Source: an uncultured Candidatus Saccharibacteria bacterium
GTDB lineage: Bacteria; Patescibacteriota; Minisyncoccia; Phycocordibacterales; Phycocordibacteraceae
DNA length: 51,070 bases
Reading direction: 5' to 3'
Assembly (NCBI GenBank): GCA_964398815.1
Contig: CAYNNZ010000001.1
Coordinates: 1-51,070 of the forward strand
Part shown: positions 19,325 through 29,200 of the stretch, in pieces
Layout of the letters: each line of letters opens with the position of its first letter
How positions within the stretch are numbered: the stretch's first letter is position 1
Program-made: the position numbers and the translations under genes
Notes under the pieces: generated by a model
Database searches by the model: none
Told to the model about the DNA's origin: nothing
What the model saw: only the letters and a program-made list of their open reading frames with translations

Positions 19325-20764
19325 CTAGGAAAGGCGCGGGAACAGATTCTCGGGTTTTGTGTTGGAGGAAACAGCAGCAAGAATCGCCACGCTCGTAGAC
19401 GGCATGACGGGCGCGAGATGCGCAGCAATTTTGGCGATGTGGCGAACCAGCTTCTCGATATCAGCAACACCTGCGGCTTTCGTACTCTCGTCTTTCACCT
19501 TCTTATACGGCTCGTTCGCCGTCATATACTCATCCCCCTTGCCGATATGCTCCCAAATCAAATCCATGGCCTCATTGAATTTAAATTCGTTCACGAGCTG
19601 CGTGAACGCAGGCTCGATTGCGGTGTCGTCTTCGCTTAGTGCGACAGGGCCGGAAAGATTATCTTCCGCGAGTTTCATCACACGCGCTACCAAATTCCCG
19701 ATTCCGTTTACCAGATTTGCCAGATACCACTCATCAAGGCGCTCCCACGTGACGTCTGAGTCTTCGACCGGATGCACGTGACGTAGAAGAAGGTACCGAG
19801 TCGCATCGGTGCCGTACTTCTCAACGAGCTCATACGGGTTAATGACATTTCCGAGAGACTTGCTCATCTTCTGACCGCCCGACGTTATGAATCCGTGATA
19901 GAACACCTGATCGGTATTCTTGATGCCCGCTGAAAACAGCATGGCCTGCCACATGAGCGACTGGAATCGCACCTGGTCTTTGCCTGCCATCTGGAGCGTG
20001 TGACCTCCTGCCCAGAATTTCTTGAATTTGCCTTCGGCGTCATCCGGCCATCCGAGCGTAGAGATGTAGTCAGTAAGCGCATCGAACCACACATACATGA
20101 CCTGCTCATCGTCTCCAGGAACGGGAACACCCCAGGAAAGACGGGCCTTCTCGCGGGAGATACTGAAGTCCTCTAGACCTCCTTTCACGAACTCGATGGC
20201 TTCATGGCGACGCCAGTCCGGAATGATTACCCCATCACGCTCAAGATACGCAAGCAATTCATTCGTGTAGTTCCCGAAGCGGAAGAAATAATTCTCTTCT
20301 TCCACAAGCTCCGGCTTTAGGTTCGTGTGGATGAGACAGTGTCCATCATCCGACAAGTCCTTCTCCGTCTTATACAGTTCGCATCCGACGCAGTACAAGC
20401 CCGAGTAGGTTTTTTTATAGATATCGCCCTTCGCCTCGCATCTGCGCCACATCTCCTGTGCGGCTTCAACGTGATAGCGCTCCGTAGTTCGAATGAAAGC
20501 ATCATTCGTAAGACCGAGGGCATCATGCAATTTCTTGAATTCAAGCGCGTAATGGTCGACATAGGTCTGCACGTCCTGACCGTTCTTCTGTGCCGCCTCG
20601 AAAATCTTCTGACCATGCTCGTCTGTACCGGTATTGAAAAATACCTCCTCGCCTGCCGCTCTCCAAGTGCGTGCGATAGCATCGGTCTGCACGAACTCAA
20701 GCGCGTGGCCCAGATGCGGGTCCGCGTTCACATACGGAAGCGTGGTGGTTATGTACTTAGCCAT
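19325..20764 (-). CDS. metG: methionyl-tRNA synthetase (short form without the C-terminal tRNA-binding domain)
   Basis: HIGH region (PYVNADPHLGHALE) and KMSKS (KMSKSLGNVI); 479 aa. Confidence 0.95.
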   Translation of the reverse strand: MAKYITTTLPYVNADPHLGHALEFVQTDAIARTWRAAGEEVFFNTGTDEHGQKIFEAAQKNGQDVQTYVDHYALEFKKLHDALGLTNDAFIRTTERYHVEAAQEMWRRCEAKGDIYKKTYSGLYCVGCELYKTEKDLSDDGHCLIHTNLKPELVEEENYFFRFGNYTNELLAYLERDGVIIPDWRRHEAIEFVKGGLEDFSISREKARLSWGVPVPGDDEQVMYVWFDALTDYISTLGWPDDAEGKFKKFWAGGHTLQMAGKDQVRFQSLMWQAMLFSAGIKNTDQVFYHGFITSGGQKMSKSLGNVINPYELVEKYGTDATRYLLLRHVHPVEDSDVTWERLDEWYLANLVNGIGNLVARVMKLAEDNLSGPVALSEDDTAIEPAFTQLVNEFKFNEAMDLIWEHIGKGDEYMTANEPYKKVKDESTKAAGVADIEKLVRHIAKIAAHLAPVMPSTSVAILAAVSSNTKPENLFPRLS

Positions 20765-21813
20765 TAGACAGCTTCGGCGCGCTTTCGCTTCCCGCGCGCC
20801 ATGTCCGAGAGGAATTCGCGCAGTGCTGCCGCGACCGGAATGGCAAGAAGAACGCCGAGGAATCCGGCGAGGTCGCCTCCCACAATGAGCGCGAGAATGA
20901 CGAGGAGCGGCGGGATACCCACCACCTTATTTACGACAAGCGGATGGATGAGATGCGCCTCGAACTGATTGATGATGAGGTAGAGGCCTGCGACGATGAG
21001 GGCGAGCGTGATATCTCCCGTCGAGAACGCGACGATGATAGCGGGTGCGGCAGAAATGAATGAGCCGAATATTGGGATGAGCATCGCAACCGCAGTGAAC
21101 GCCGCAAGCAAAAGCGCATATGGAACACCGAGAATGAGGAGGCCAAGATATGCGATAACACCGCCAATCAGGGAGGACAAGAGCTGACCCTGCATCCAGA
21201 GCCCAATCTTGCGCTGCGCTCGACGCCAGAGGCCAACCACGTACTCCTCGTTCTTTGCAGGAGTGATGAGTTTGAGGAACTCCTCCACGCCGGTGTCCTG
21301 CACGGCGAAATAGAACGAGAGCACCGTCACGAGGACGAGCGAGAATATACCACCGAAGAAGGTCGAGACGATTTTGAATGCTCCGGCAGAAGGGTCGGTA
21401 AACGCGCTGCGGAACGTAAGTAAACCGTCGAGAATGCCGGATAGTTCAGAACGACCGCCAGTCGCTGCGGCTCCGGTATTAATAGCGCCCGGCAAATCGA
21501 ACGTGTCGAGATACTGGGAAGCAACCGAGATGAAGTTGCCCGCGTCTTCGAGAATCGGAGGGAAAAAGAAGTACACGACCGAGAACAGTGAGCCGAACGT
21601 AAGGAAATACATGAGGAACACGGCGAGTACGCGCGGTATTTTGCGACGAGCAAAAAACGCAACGCCCGGCTCGATTGCAGAGGCAATCACGATGGCGGTC
21701 AACACAAGGAGGGCCAGGTCTCGGAGCACCCACACCGCGTAGGCGATGGCCCCGATTATGATGGTCGTTATGACCGTCGCAGGGGTGATTGCGACCTGTA
21801 TTTGCTTATCCAT
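20764..21813 (-). CDS. AI-2E family transporter (PerM/UPF0118)
   Basis: 349 aa, 7-8 TM helices, with the family-typical C-terminal half (..FGSFISAAPAIIVAF..INQFEAHLIHPLVVNKVVGIPPLLVILALIVGG). Confidence 0.85.
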   Translation of the reverse strand: MDKQIQVAITPATVITTIIIGAIAYAVWVLRDLALLVLTAIVIASAIEPGVAFFARRKIPRVLAVFLMYFLTFGSLFSVVYFFFPPILEDAGNFISVASQYLDTFDLPGAINTGAAATGGRSELSGILDGLLTFRSAFTDPSAGAFKIVSTFFGGIFSLVLVTVLSFYFAVQDTGVEEFLKLITPAKNEEYVVGLWRRAQRKIGLWMQGQLLSSLIGGVIAYLGLLILGVPYALLLAAFTAVAMLIPIFGSFISAAPAIIVAFSTGDITLALIVAGLYLIINQFEAHLIHPLVVNKVVGIPPLLVILALIVGGDLAGFLGVLLAIPVAAALREFLSDMARGKRKRAEAV

Positions 21814-21820
21814 ACTCCGG

Positions 21821-21829
21821 ATACTAGCA
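21821..21829 (-). promoter_or_regulatory. extended -10 element (TGcTAGTAT) 7 nt upstream of the AI-2E transporter ATG
   Basis: Minus strand TGC TAGTAT (21829-21821), 7 nt, ATG (21813). It follows the upstream terminator hairpin GGGGCGGTCTC-GTGA-GAGACCGCCCC. Confidence 0.45.
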
Positions 21830-21867
21830 CAAAACGAGTACGGGGCGGTCTCTCACGAGACCGCCCC

Positions 21868-22305
21868 TTATTCCATGACACCCGTAGGTGTTCCCCGCCA
21901 CTGGCAGGGCTCATGGAACGTTCCGTGCCGAGTGCGCCGCGGATGTCGGACCAGCCACGGTGCGTCTGCAATCGACGCCCACTGACCCTCTGACCTCGGA
22001 GTGAGCTCACAGATTTCGATAATGATTTCTGGGTGACCTTCGCGCAGCCGGTCAGCGAGCTCCACCGCAATGTCCTCAGTTGCATAGAGTGGCCACGTAG
22101 TCCCGGGAGGCGGCGCAAGCTGTGCGTCGAATGCCCTATCCGCGCCAACGAACCCATATGCGTGCCAGGCCTTGAGAGTGCGCGTGTGTGCGGGATCAGT
22201 GCCTGCTCGTGGAATCAGCCGGAACGGTCCCTGTGGTTCGTCTGCATGCGCAGACAGGTGAACGAAGGCCGCGATGAACGCGACCACGATGGTGCGCTTT
22301 CGCAT
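21868..22305 (-). CDS. secreted hypothetical protein (orphan)
   Basis: Start is set at MRKRTIVVAFIAAFVHLSAHA (signal peptide), preceded by AAGGAAG 8 nt upstream. GC looks higher than in neighbouring genes. Confidence 0.6.
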   Translation of the reverse strand: MRKRTIVVAFIAAFVHLSAHADEPQGPFRLIPRAGTDPAHTRTLKAWHAYGFVGADRAFDAQLAPPPGTTWPLYATEDIAVELADRLREGHPEIIIEICELTPRSEGQWASIADAPWLVRHPRRTRHGTFHEPCQWRGTPTGVME

Positions 22306-22373
22306 CGAATGAACTTCCTTTCTTCCCAATTAGAGGGAAGGCTCAGTTAATACGAAAAAGAGTCAGTGTGCAA

Positions 22374-23771
22374 CTACGCGAGAGACGCACGAATGCGCTC
22401 CACGGCCTCAGCAATCGTGACGCGCTCCTGCTCACCCGTATCGCGGTTGCGGAGCGTCACCGTATCGAGCTGTTCCGGATTCTCGCCGAGCGTGTCGAAA
22501 TCTATAGTGACGCAGAATGGCGTGCCAATTTCGTCCTGCCTGCGGTATCGCTTTCCAATGTTTCCATTGTCATCGAACGCGGCACGGATTCCGGACTTCT
22601 TGAGGGCTGCATACACCTCGCGCGCTTTGTCGACGAGCTCAGGCTTATTCTTCAGGAGCGGAAACACTGCCACCTGATACGGAGCGAGTGACGGATGGAG
22701 CGCTAGATATACGCGCGTCTCGCCACCTAGTTCGTCTTCCCGGTATGCGTCCGCAAGAAAGGCCATGAACATGCGACCCATTCCGGTTGAGGTCTCGAGA
22801 ATCCACGGAATGTATTTCTCGCCTGACTCTGGGTCGGTGTAGCGCAGGTCTACGCCGGAGAATTCCTGATGCTGCGTGAGGTCATAGTCCGTGCGGTCAT
22901 GGATTCCTTCGAGTTCATCGAAGCCGAGCGAGGGGAAATCATACTCAATGTCCCACGCGTCTTTCGCGTAGAACACGAGATTCTCATGCTGGTGCCAGCG
23001 GAGGTTTTCTGCCCGAATACCGAGTGAGACGTACCAATCGAAACGACGCTTCTTTATTTCTTCGTATGCGTCCTTATTCTCATTTGGGCGGATGAAATAC
23101 TGCGTATCTGCCTGCTCGAACTCCCGCGTACGAAACAGGAAGTTGCGAGGAGAAATCTCATTACGAAAGGCCTTCCCTATCTGCGCTACGCCAAACGGGA
23201 TTTTAGGCGCCATCGTATCCACGATGTTCTTAAAATTGAGATAGATGCCCTGGCATGCCTCGCCCGGAAGGTAGACTGGCTCGCTTCCATTACTGGTGAA
23301 GTCACCAAGGTTCGACTTCACCAACAGATTGAACGCGCGCACCTCGGAGAAGTCCTTCTTGCCGCACTTCGGACACTTGATTTCATTTCGATGTGCATCG
23401 AACAGCGCATTGATGTCCTCGATGGACATTTTCTCGTCTGCGGTCACTCCAATTGCTGCAAGTTCCTTGTCCACGCGAATACGCGTATTGCATGCCCTAC
23501 ATTCTGCGAGCGGGTCAGAGAACCCTCCGACATGCCCGCTCGCCTCCCACGTACGGGGATGCTTGAACATGGCAGCATCGAGTCCGTAATAATTCTCCTG
23601 GTCGTATACGTTCGCCTTCCACCATGCGCGCTTGAGATTATTCAAAAGCTCCACACCGTTTGGACCAAAATCGTAGGTACCCGCGAGTCCTCCGTATATT
23701 TCGGAGCCTGGGTAAATGAAGCCACGGCGCTTAGCAAGCGCAACGATGGTTTCGAGAGACGGCTTTTCCAT
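22374..23771 (-). CDS. glyQS: glycyl-tRNA synthetase (homodimeric class II type)
   Basis: MEKPSLETIVALAKRRGFIYPGSEIYGGLAGTYDFGPNGVELLNNLKRAWW... and the class II motifs. Confidence 0.95.
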   Translation of the reverse strand: MEKPSLETIVALAKRRGFIYPGSEIYGGLAGTYDFGPNGVELLNNLKRAWWKANVYDQENYYGLDAAMFKHPRTWEASGHVGGFSDPLAECRACNTRIRVDKELAAIGVTADEKMSIEDINALFDAHRNEIKCPKCGKKDFSEVRAFNLLVKSNLGDFTSNGSEPVYLPGEACQGIYLNFKNIVDTMAPKIPFGVAQIGKAFRNEISPRNFLFRTREFEQADTQYFIRPNENKDAYEEIKKRRFDWYVSLGIRAENLRWHQHENLVFYAKDAWDIEYDFPSLGFDELEGIHDRTDYDLTQHQEFSGVDLRYTDPESGEKYIPWILETSTGMGRMFMAFLADAYREDELGGETRVYLALHPSLAPYQVAVFPLLKNKPELVDKAREVYAALKKSGIRAAFDDNGNIGKRYRRQDEIGTPFCVTIDFDTLGENPEQLDTVTLRNRDTGEQERVTIAEAVERIRASLA

Positions 23772-23779
23772 AAACTCCT

Positions 23780-25669
23780 TTATTTCACAGAACCGTCCAC
23801 TGCGCTATAGGCAGGGTCCAAGCTCGTGACGGTAGTGAGCGCCTGAACACTTCCCGCTATTTGCTTATCGGTGAACGCGTCCACACCCGTAACCTGCTGG
23901 GCGTTCACGAGGACAGCACTCCCGCCTCTCTGCGTCACACTCGGGGTGAAGCCGATTTGGAACGCCGCTGATTTCGCACTCCCGCTTCCAGTCGCGACCG
24001 TACCCGCCGACCACGTAACCGTGCGCGTCGTCTCGTTGTAGGTGATGGAACCGTCCGCCGGATTCACGGCACCCGTGAACCGTACATAGGACGGGAGCGC
24101 AGCGCTTACCTTAGCGCCAGAAACGCTGTTTCCGGAATTAGAAAGCGTAAAGATGACGGTATAGGTGGTCTCGCTGTTCGCTTCGGGCGGCCACGGGCCT
24201 CCGTTCTTGAATGGACCAACCGTGTGTACGACCTTCGAAGCGAGTGCGAGATTGGTTCCTACCTTTACGGTACGAGAGAGGGTCGATGAAATAGTCTCCG
24301 GCACATTCGTCTCCGAGAGGCGCTGCCCGGAAACAGACACACGCAGGCCAATAGATGCATTACGCACGCTCGCGAGCGCACTCGAGTTCTTCGAGCGAAT
24401 GGTGAATGTGCCCTGTCCACTGTCGCCCGGCTGCAATTGCGCGAGGGCGGGGTTGTTTGTTGAGTCGAACACCACCGTTGCGTCGCTCGAACGATAAAAC
24501 CCGTTCCCCTGCCCCACGCCCGCAGCGTCGAGCGCCTCCCCCGAGAGCGCGACGGAGACTTTCGCATTCGTCACCGGAACCGGGAGCGTATTGGTCCACG
24601 TGACTACTACCTGCACCGGCACGCCAGCATCGACCACCGGTTTATCCGTAGTGTCGCGATTTACCGAGAGCGTGGTCGCGAGGAACGGTTTCGTAAGCCG
24701 GACTGATGCTTCCTTGCTCGTGTAGGAGGCAGCAAGAGCGAGTGATTCCGGAGAATTTACCGTCCCTGCAGAAAATTTAAAGGTGCGCTCGTCGTTATTC
24801 TCACCCGAGAGAATTCCAGTTACTCGGATTTTCTTTTCTTCTCCCGGCGAGAGTGTGCCGAGCACGAACATGGTTCCTTGAGATGGCTGCGGCGTCGAGG
24901 CAGTCGGCGCGAACCCGAACGGATATTCGGCGAGCACCGCGACATTATCGAGCTTGGTCGTCGCATTGCTCTTTATCGATACATCTACCGTAACCGGCTG
25001 ACCTGCAGATACCTGGGATATGGTCTCGACGTTAACCGTAATCGGCGACGTTGTGATGGTGAAATCGTACTGCTTGTTCTTAACAAATGTCGCGGTGCTT
25101 CCATCGGTGTGATATTCGACCTTGATAGGGAGCGTTACGTGCTGGCCCTCACTCCCGAATACGACCGCGCGCACCGTGCGTTCGGTTTTGTTGCCCGACC
25201 CGATATCGCCCAAATTCTCCGTGTAGCGCGGCATGGGCTTAGTGGTGTCATCAGGCGAGCGCGTGCCATCAGGAAAATCGATTGTTACCGTGGCGCCCTG
25301 TATTGCGACTGGGTTGCGATTCTCGATAGTGACGAGGAGCGGGACCGTATCGCCGCTTGCGATAGTGGTTGGACCTTGCACAGCGATATTGACGTTATGC
25401 GTTGAAATCGAGCGACCGCCCCATATGAGATAGAAGACTGCGCCCCCTGCGGTCACAATGAAAAACAGGAGCGCGACAATGAAAAAGCGAGCGTGGCCTG
25501 AGATGTGCTCGGCCTCATGTCCTACCGCCTTCAGTTTTTCCCAGCCACGTGCGCGCTCGACCGGCTGCTCCCTAAGATGCGGTTCCTCAAACGAGGCCGC
25601 TTGATGCGGGTCATAGAGACGTTGGCGAACACGCTCGAGCGAGCTCAGTTCCTCTTTCTCGTCTGGCAT
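23780..25669 (-). CDS. large membrane-anchored protein with repeated beta-sandwich (Ig-like) domains, hypothetical
   Basis: 629 aa with a cytoplasmic N-terminus, one TM helix (FFIVALLFFIVTAGGAVFYLIWGG), then Thr/Ser/Val-rich repeats. Confidence 0.85.
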   Translation of the reverse strand: MPDEKEELSSLERVRQRLYDPHQAASFEEPHLREQPVERARGWEKLKAVGHEAEHISGHARFFIVALLFFIVTAGGAVFYLIWGGRSISTHNVNIAVQGPTTIASGDTVPLLVTIENRNPVAIQGATVTIDFPDGTRSPDDTTKPMPRYTENLGDIGSGNKTERTVRAVVFGSEGQHVTLPIKVEYHTDGSTATFVKNKQYDFTITTSPITVNVETISQVSAGQPVTVDVSIKSNATTKLDNVAVLAEYPFGFAPTASTPQPSQGTMFVLGTLSPGEEKKIRVTGILSGENNDERTFKFSAGTVNSPESLALAASYTSKEASVRLTKPFLATTLSVNRDTTDKPVVDAGVPVQVVVTWTNTLPVPVTNAKVSVALSGEALDAAGVGQGNGFYRSSDATVVFDSTNNPALAQLQPGDSGQGTFTIRSKNSSALASVRNASIGLRVSVSGQRLSETNVPETISSTLSRTVKVGTNLALASKVVHTVGPFKNGGPWPPEANSETTYTVIFTLSNSGNSVSGAKVSAALPSYVRFTGAVNPADGSITYNETTRTVTWSAGTVATGSGSAKSAAFQIGFTPSVTQRGGSAVLVNAQQVTGVDAFTDKQIAGSVQALTTVTSLDPAYSAVDGSVK

Positions 25670-25689
25670 GAATACCAGTATAGCGCGGC

Positions 25690-26250
25690 CTATAATCCTG
25701 ACGCGCTTATGCCGCGATTGATGCGCGAAATGAGCTCGGCGCGATGGGCCTCTGCGTAGGTAAGCGCATCGGGGCCGTACCCTTCCGGCGGGATACCGCC
25801 CGCATCCACGCCGAGCGCAGCGAGAAGACGGAGCGCCACGAGCGCTTCTGCGTTCGCCTGCTCCTCTTCAGATAATTCTGGAAGCACCTCCGTGAACTCA
25901 GTGAACAAGCGATGCAGTTCAGGGTCATCACTATCACCATGCACGAGGCGCAACAGAAGCCCAGCGACGCGCGCAACGCGCATGCGTCCGGTCCGTGAGA
26001 GCGCCTGGAATCGGTCGCGACCGAGTACTGCCCCGGTAAGCCGCCACCCTTCCTTGCCTCGCACCAACATCAAATCGGATTCGCAGAGCGCCTGGAGTGC
26101 ATGCGCAAGCTTCGCCCCTGAGCGACGGAGGCCTTCTGCACGAGCGCGGATGAGACCTAGGTCGGGCGTAAGCACCGTAACGAGCATCCCTGCTTCCGCG
26201 ATAGGCGTGCGTGCGAGCACGAGTCCCTGCGTGTCGTACTTATGACGCAT
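25690..26250 (-). CDS. recO: DNA repair protein RecO (short form)
   Basis: N-terminal OB fold (TQGLVLARTPIAEAGMLVTVLTPDLGLIRARAEGLRRSGAKLAHALQ) and a helical C-terminal part. Confidence 0.8.
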   Translation of the reverse strand: MRHKYDTQGLVLARTPIAEAGMLVTVLTPDLGLIRARAEGLRRSGAKLAHALQALCESDLMLVRGKEGWRLTGAVLGRDRFQALSRTGRMRVARVAGLLLRLVHGDSDDPELHRLFTEFTEVLPELSEEEQANAEALVALRLLAALGVDAGGIPPEGYGPDALTYAEAHRAELISRINRGISASGL

Positions 26251-29200
26251 CGAGAGAAAGCGAGAATCGCACCGTGCCGGTCGAAAGCTCCGCAGTGTAC
26301 TTTCCTTCCGGCGACTCGGCGACAGCGACGATGTCGCGCGGCGAATAGCCCTCCTCCTTACGAGCGTCGTTTACGGCGCGGGCATAGGCTCGCTCATCTC
26401 CCTCTGCGATAAGTTCAGGCGTGAGCTCGGTGTCGAGCTTCATCGCCTCTTGCTTCTGAATGATTTCCTTCACATTCACTTCGTCTGCTAAGAGTTGCGC
26501 CAAATCCTTCGGGAGTTCTCCCGGAATCGAAAGCGAGGCGAGCGGCTGACGCACCTTTACGCCTGCTGCCTGGCGTATGCGAAGCGCTTCAGACGCGAGC
26601 GTACGGACGCTCGCCATGTTCGTAATCAGGTCCGTATCTATCGTGCCTGCCTCGTACCAGTCAGCCAGATGCACACTCTCCGGGTCCTCGTCCTCGCGCA
26701 CCATCTGGTATGCCCACTCAGCGATGAACGGCGTGAATGGCGCAAGGAGTACCGAAATGCTCTGGAGCGTATCGCGAAGTGTGATTACCGCCGCGGCATC
26801 TCCCTCACGTACACGGTCGCGTACACGCCTGACGTACCATTGCGATAGGTCTTCTATGAGCACCGAAATAGTGCGGGTAGCAGTATAGAGATCGTAGGCT
26901 TCGAGTGCTTCGGTTGCCTTTGCGATTACTTCGCTCGTGCGTGTGCGCATCCAGACATCGATAGGCTGCTCAGTTCCCTTCTCACCCGCCTCGCTAAAGA
27001 GCTGGTAGAACTTCACGCTGTTCTCGAACCAGGAGATGACGCGCGCAGATTCCTTCACTGTCTTATCGTCAAAGTTCTTGCTGTCGCCCGGCTGATTTAC
27101 GCTATACATCCATAAGCGCAGTGTGTCCGCGCCATATCTATCCATCGCGCTCATCGGCTCGATGATGTTGCCCTTCGACTTACTCATCTTGAGCCCCTTC
27201 TCGTCGAGGAGGTGCCCGAGGGAGATGACATTCTTATACGCCCGACCCTTGCCCATGAGCACACCCACCGCGAGCAAGGTATAGAACCAGCCACGCGTCT
27301 GGTCTATCGCTTCGCTGATGAAATCTGCTGGGTACCCCTTCCCATCTACCCACTCCTTGTTCTCGAACGGATAGTGGTCCTGCGCAAACGGCATGGCACC
27401 GGAATCGAACCACACATCCATCACTTCCTTCGTGCGGCGGAGCTCCTTGCCCGAGTCACTGATGAGAACGACTTCGTCTATGTACGGGCGATGCAGGTCG
27501 AGCTCGTAATTCTCGTTATGCGGTAACGGCACGAACGGTAGCTCTCTCAGTTCGCCGCGACGTGCATGCATGGTCTCGAGCAGCACCGGCAATTCTCTCT
27601 TCGGCTGCTCAACCACTGTGCGCATCGCCTCTACACCGCATCCGTGCGTAACAACCAGGATAGTTTCGTTTGCGTGCGTGCTCTCAAGCTCATACAGGAA
27701 TGCGCCGAATCGCTTCGTTACGTCCAGATAGCTTTCGCCCCCAGGAATAGCATCCCTAAAGGTGTGGGACTTGAAGTACTCGACTGCAGCGTCGATGGGT
27801 CCGCCATTGAAATCACCGAACTCAAATTCGCGCAGCCGTGAGTCGTACACAATGGTAGCGACATCAATCCCAAGCGCCTGTGCCACATACTCCGCGGTCT
27901 GTCGGCACCGCTGCAGTGGTGAAGCGAATATCCGAGTGACGTTCTTATCAACCAGTTCTGCAGCCGCCTTCTCTGTTTGCTTGACGCCCTCCTCAGTAAG
28001 GCAGGAGGACGAGTCAAGATTAGAGTTCGCAACACCGAGCAGATTATGCTCCGCCTCTCCGTGGCGCATGACGAAGTACCGGTTCCCGCTCTTTTTCACG
28101 CGCGTGCGCAGGTCATCTATGGACCCCACTACCACCTGCTCGCTTCCGTCCTCAGAAAGCCATACCGGAAGTGGCGTTCCCCAATAGCGTTCGCGCGATA
28201 TCGCCCAGTCGCGCACGTTCGCGAGCCACTCCCCCATGCGACCGTCGCGCATGTATGCCGGCTCCCAGTTCACCTTCTGATTCTCTTCGATGAGGTAGTC
28301 CCGCATCTCCGTCATGCGGAAATACCATGAGTCGCGGGCGTAGTAGATGAGGCGGTTTTTACTGCGCCAGCAGTGTGGGTACGAGTGCGTGTAGCTTTCT
28401 TTCGAGAAGAAGAGATTCTTCTCCTGAAGGTCCTTGAGTACCGCGACGTTGGTCTCAGGGTCTATCACGGACGCGCCCTCGAGGAATCCCGTCCCCGCCA
28501 TGAACGTGCCATCTGGCTGCACGAGGTGCACTTTCGGCAGCCCCACAGCATTACCGAGCTCGAAATCGTCTTGGCCGTACATGACCGCGGTATGCACGAT
28601 TCCGGTGCCGTCCTCAGTCGTAACGAAATCAGCGGCGTACACCTGATACGCCTTATCGAATTTCACCTTCTCGCTCTCGCTTGCGAGTTCCTGTGCGAAT
28701 GGATAGAGGGGGTTGTATGACTTTCCGACAAGCGCGCTTCCCGGACGCGTCTCGATGAGACTCCATCCTTCCGGAAGTTGTGCCGCAAGTTCCGTTGCAA
28801 GCACCACGCGTTCCTTATCCTTTTCGTACACGCCGTATGCAATATCCTTCCCTACTGCAAGCGCGATGTTGCCTGGAAGGGTCCATGGTGTCGTCGTCCA
28901 CGCGAGCAGGTACGTACCCGGCTCGTCTGTGAGTTCGAACTTAGCCGTGATGGAAAGGTCCTTTACGTCCTCATACCCTTGCGCAAGCTCGTGTGACGAA
29001 AGTCCCGTCCCGCACTTCGGACACCACGGCACGACACGGTAGTCTTTGTAGAGTCGTCCGTCGTCTGAGACTTTCTTAAACACGCTCCAGAGTGACTCCA
29101 TGTAGTCTGCGTCGAAGGTGAAGTATGCGGTGGCTTGGTCTGCCCAGAAACCGAGGCGCTCCGAGAATCGCTCCCACTCGTGAATGTAATTGAAAACACT

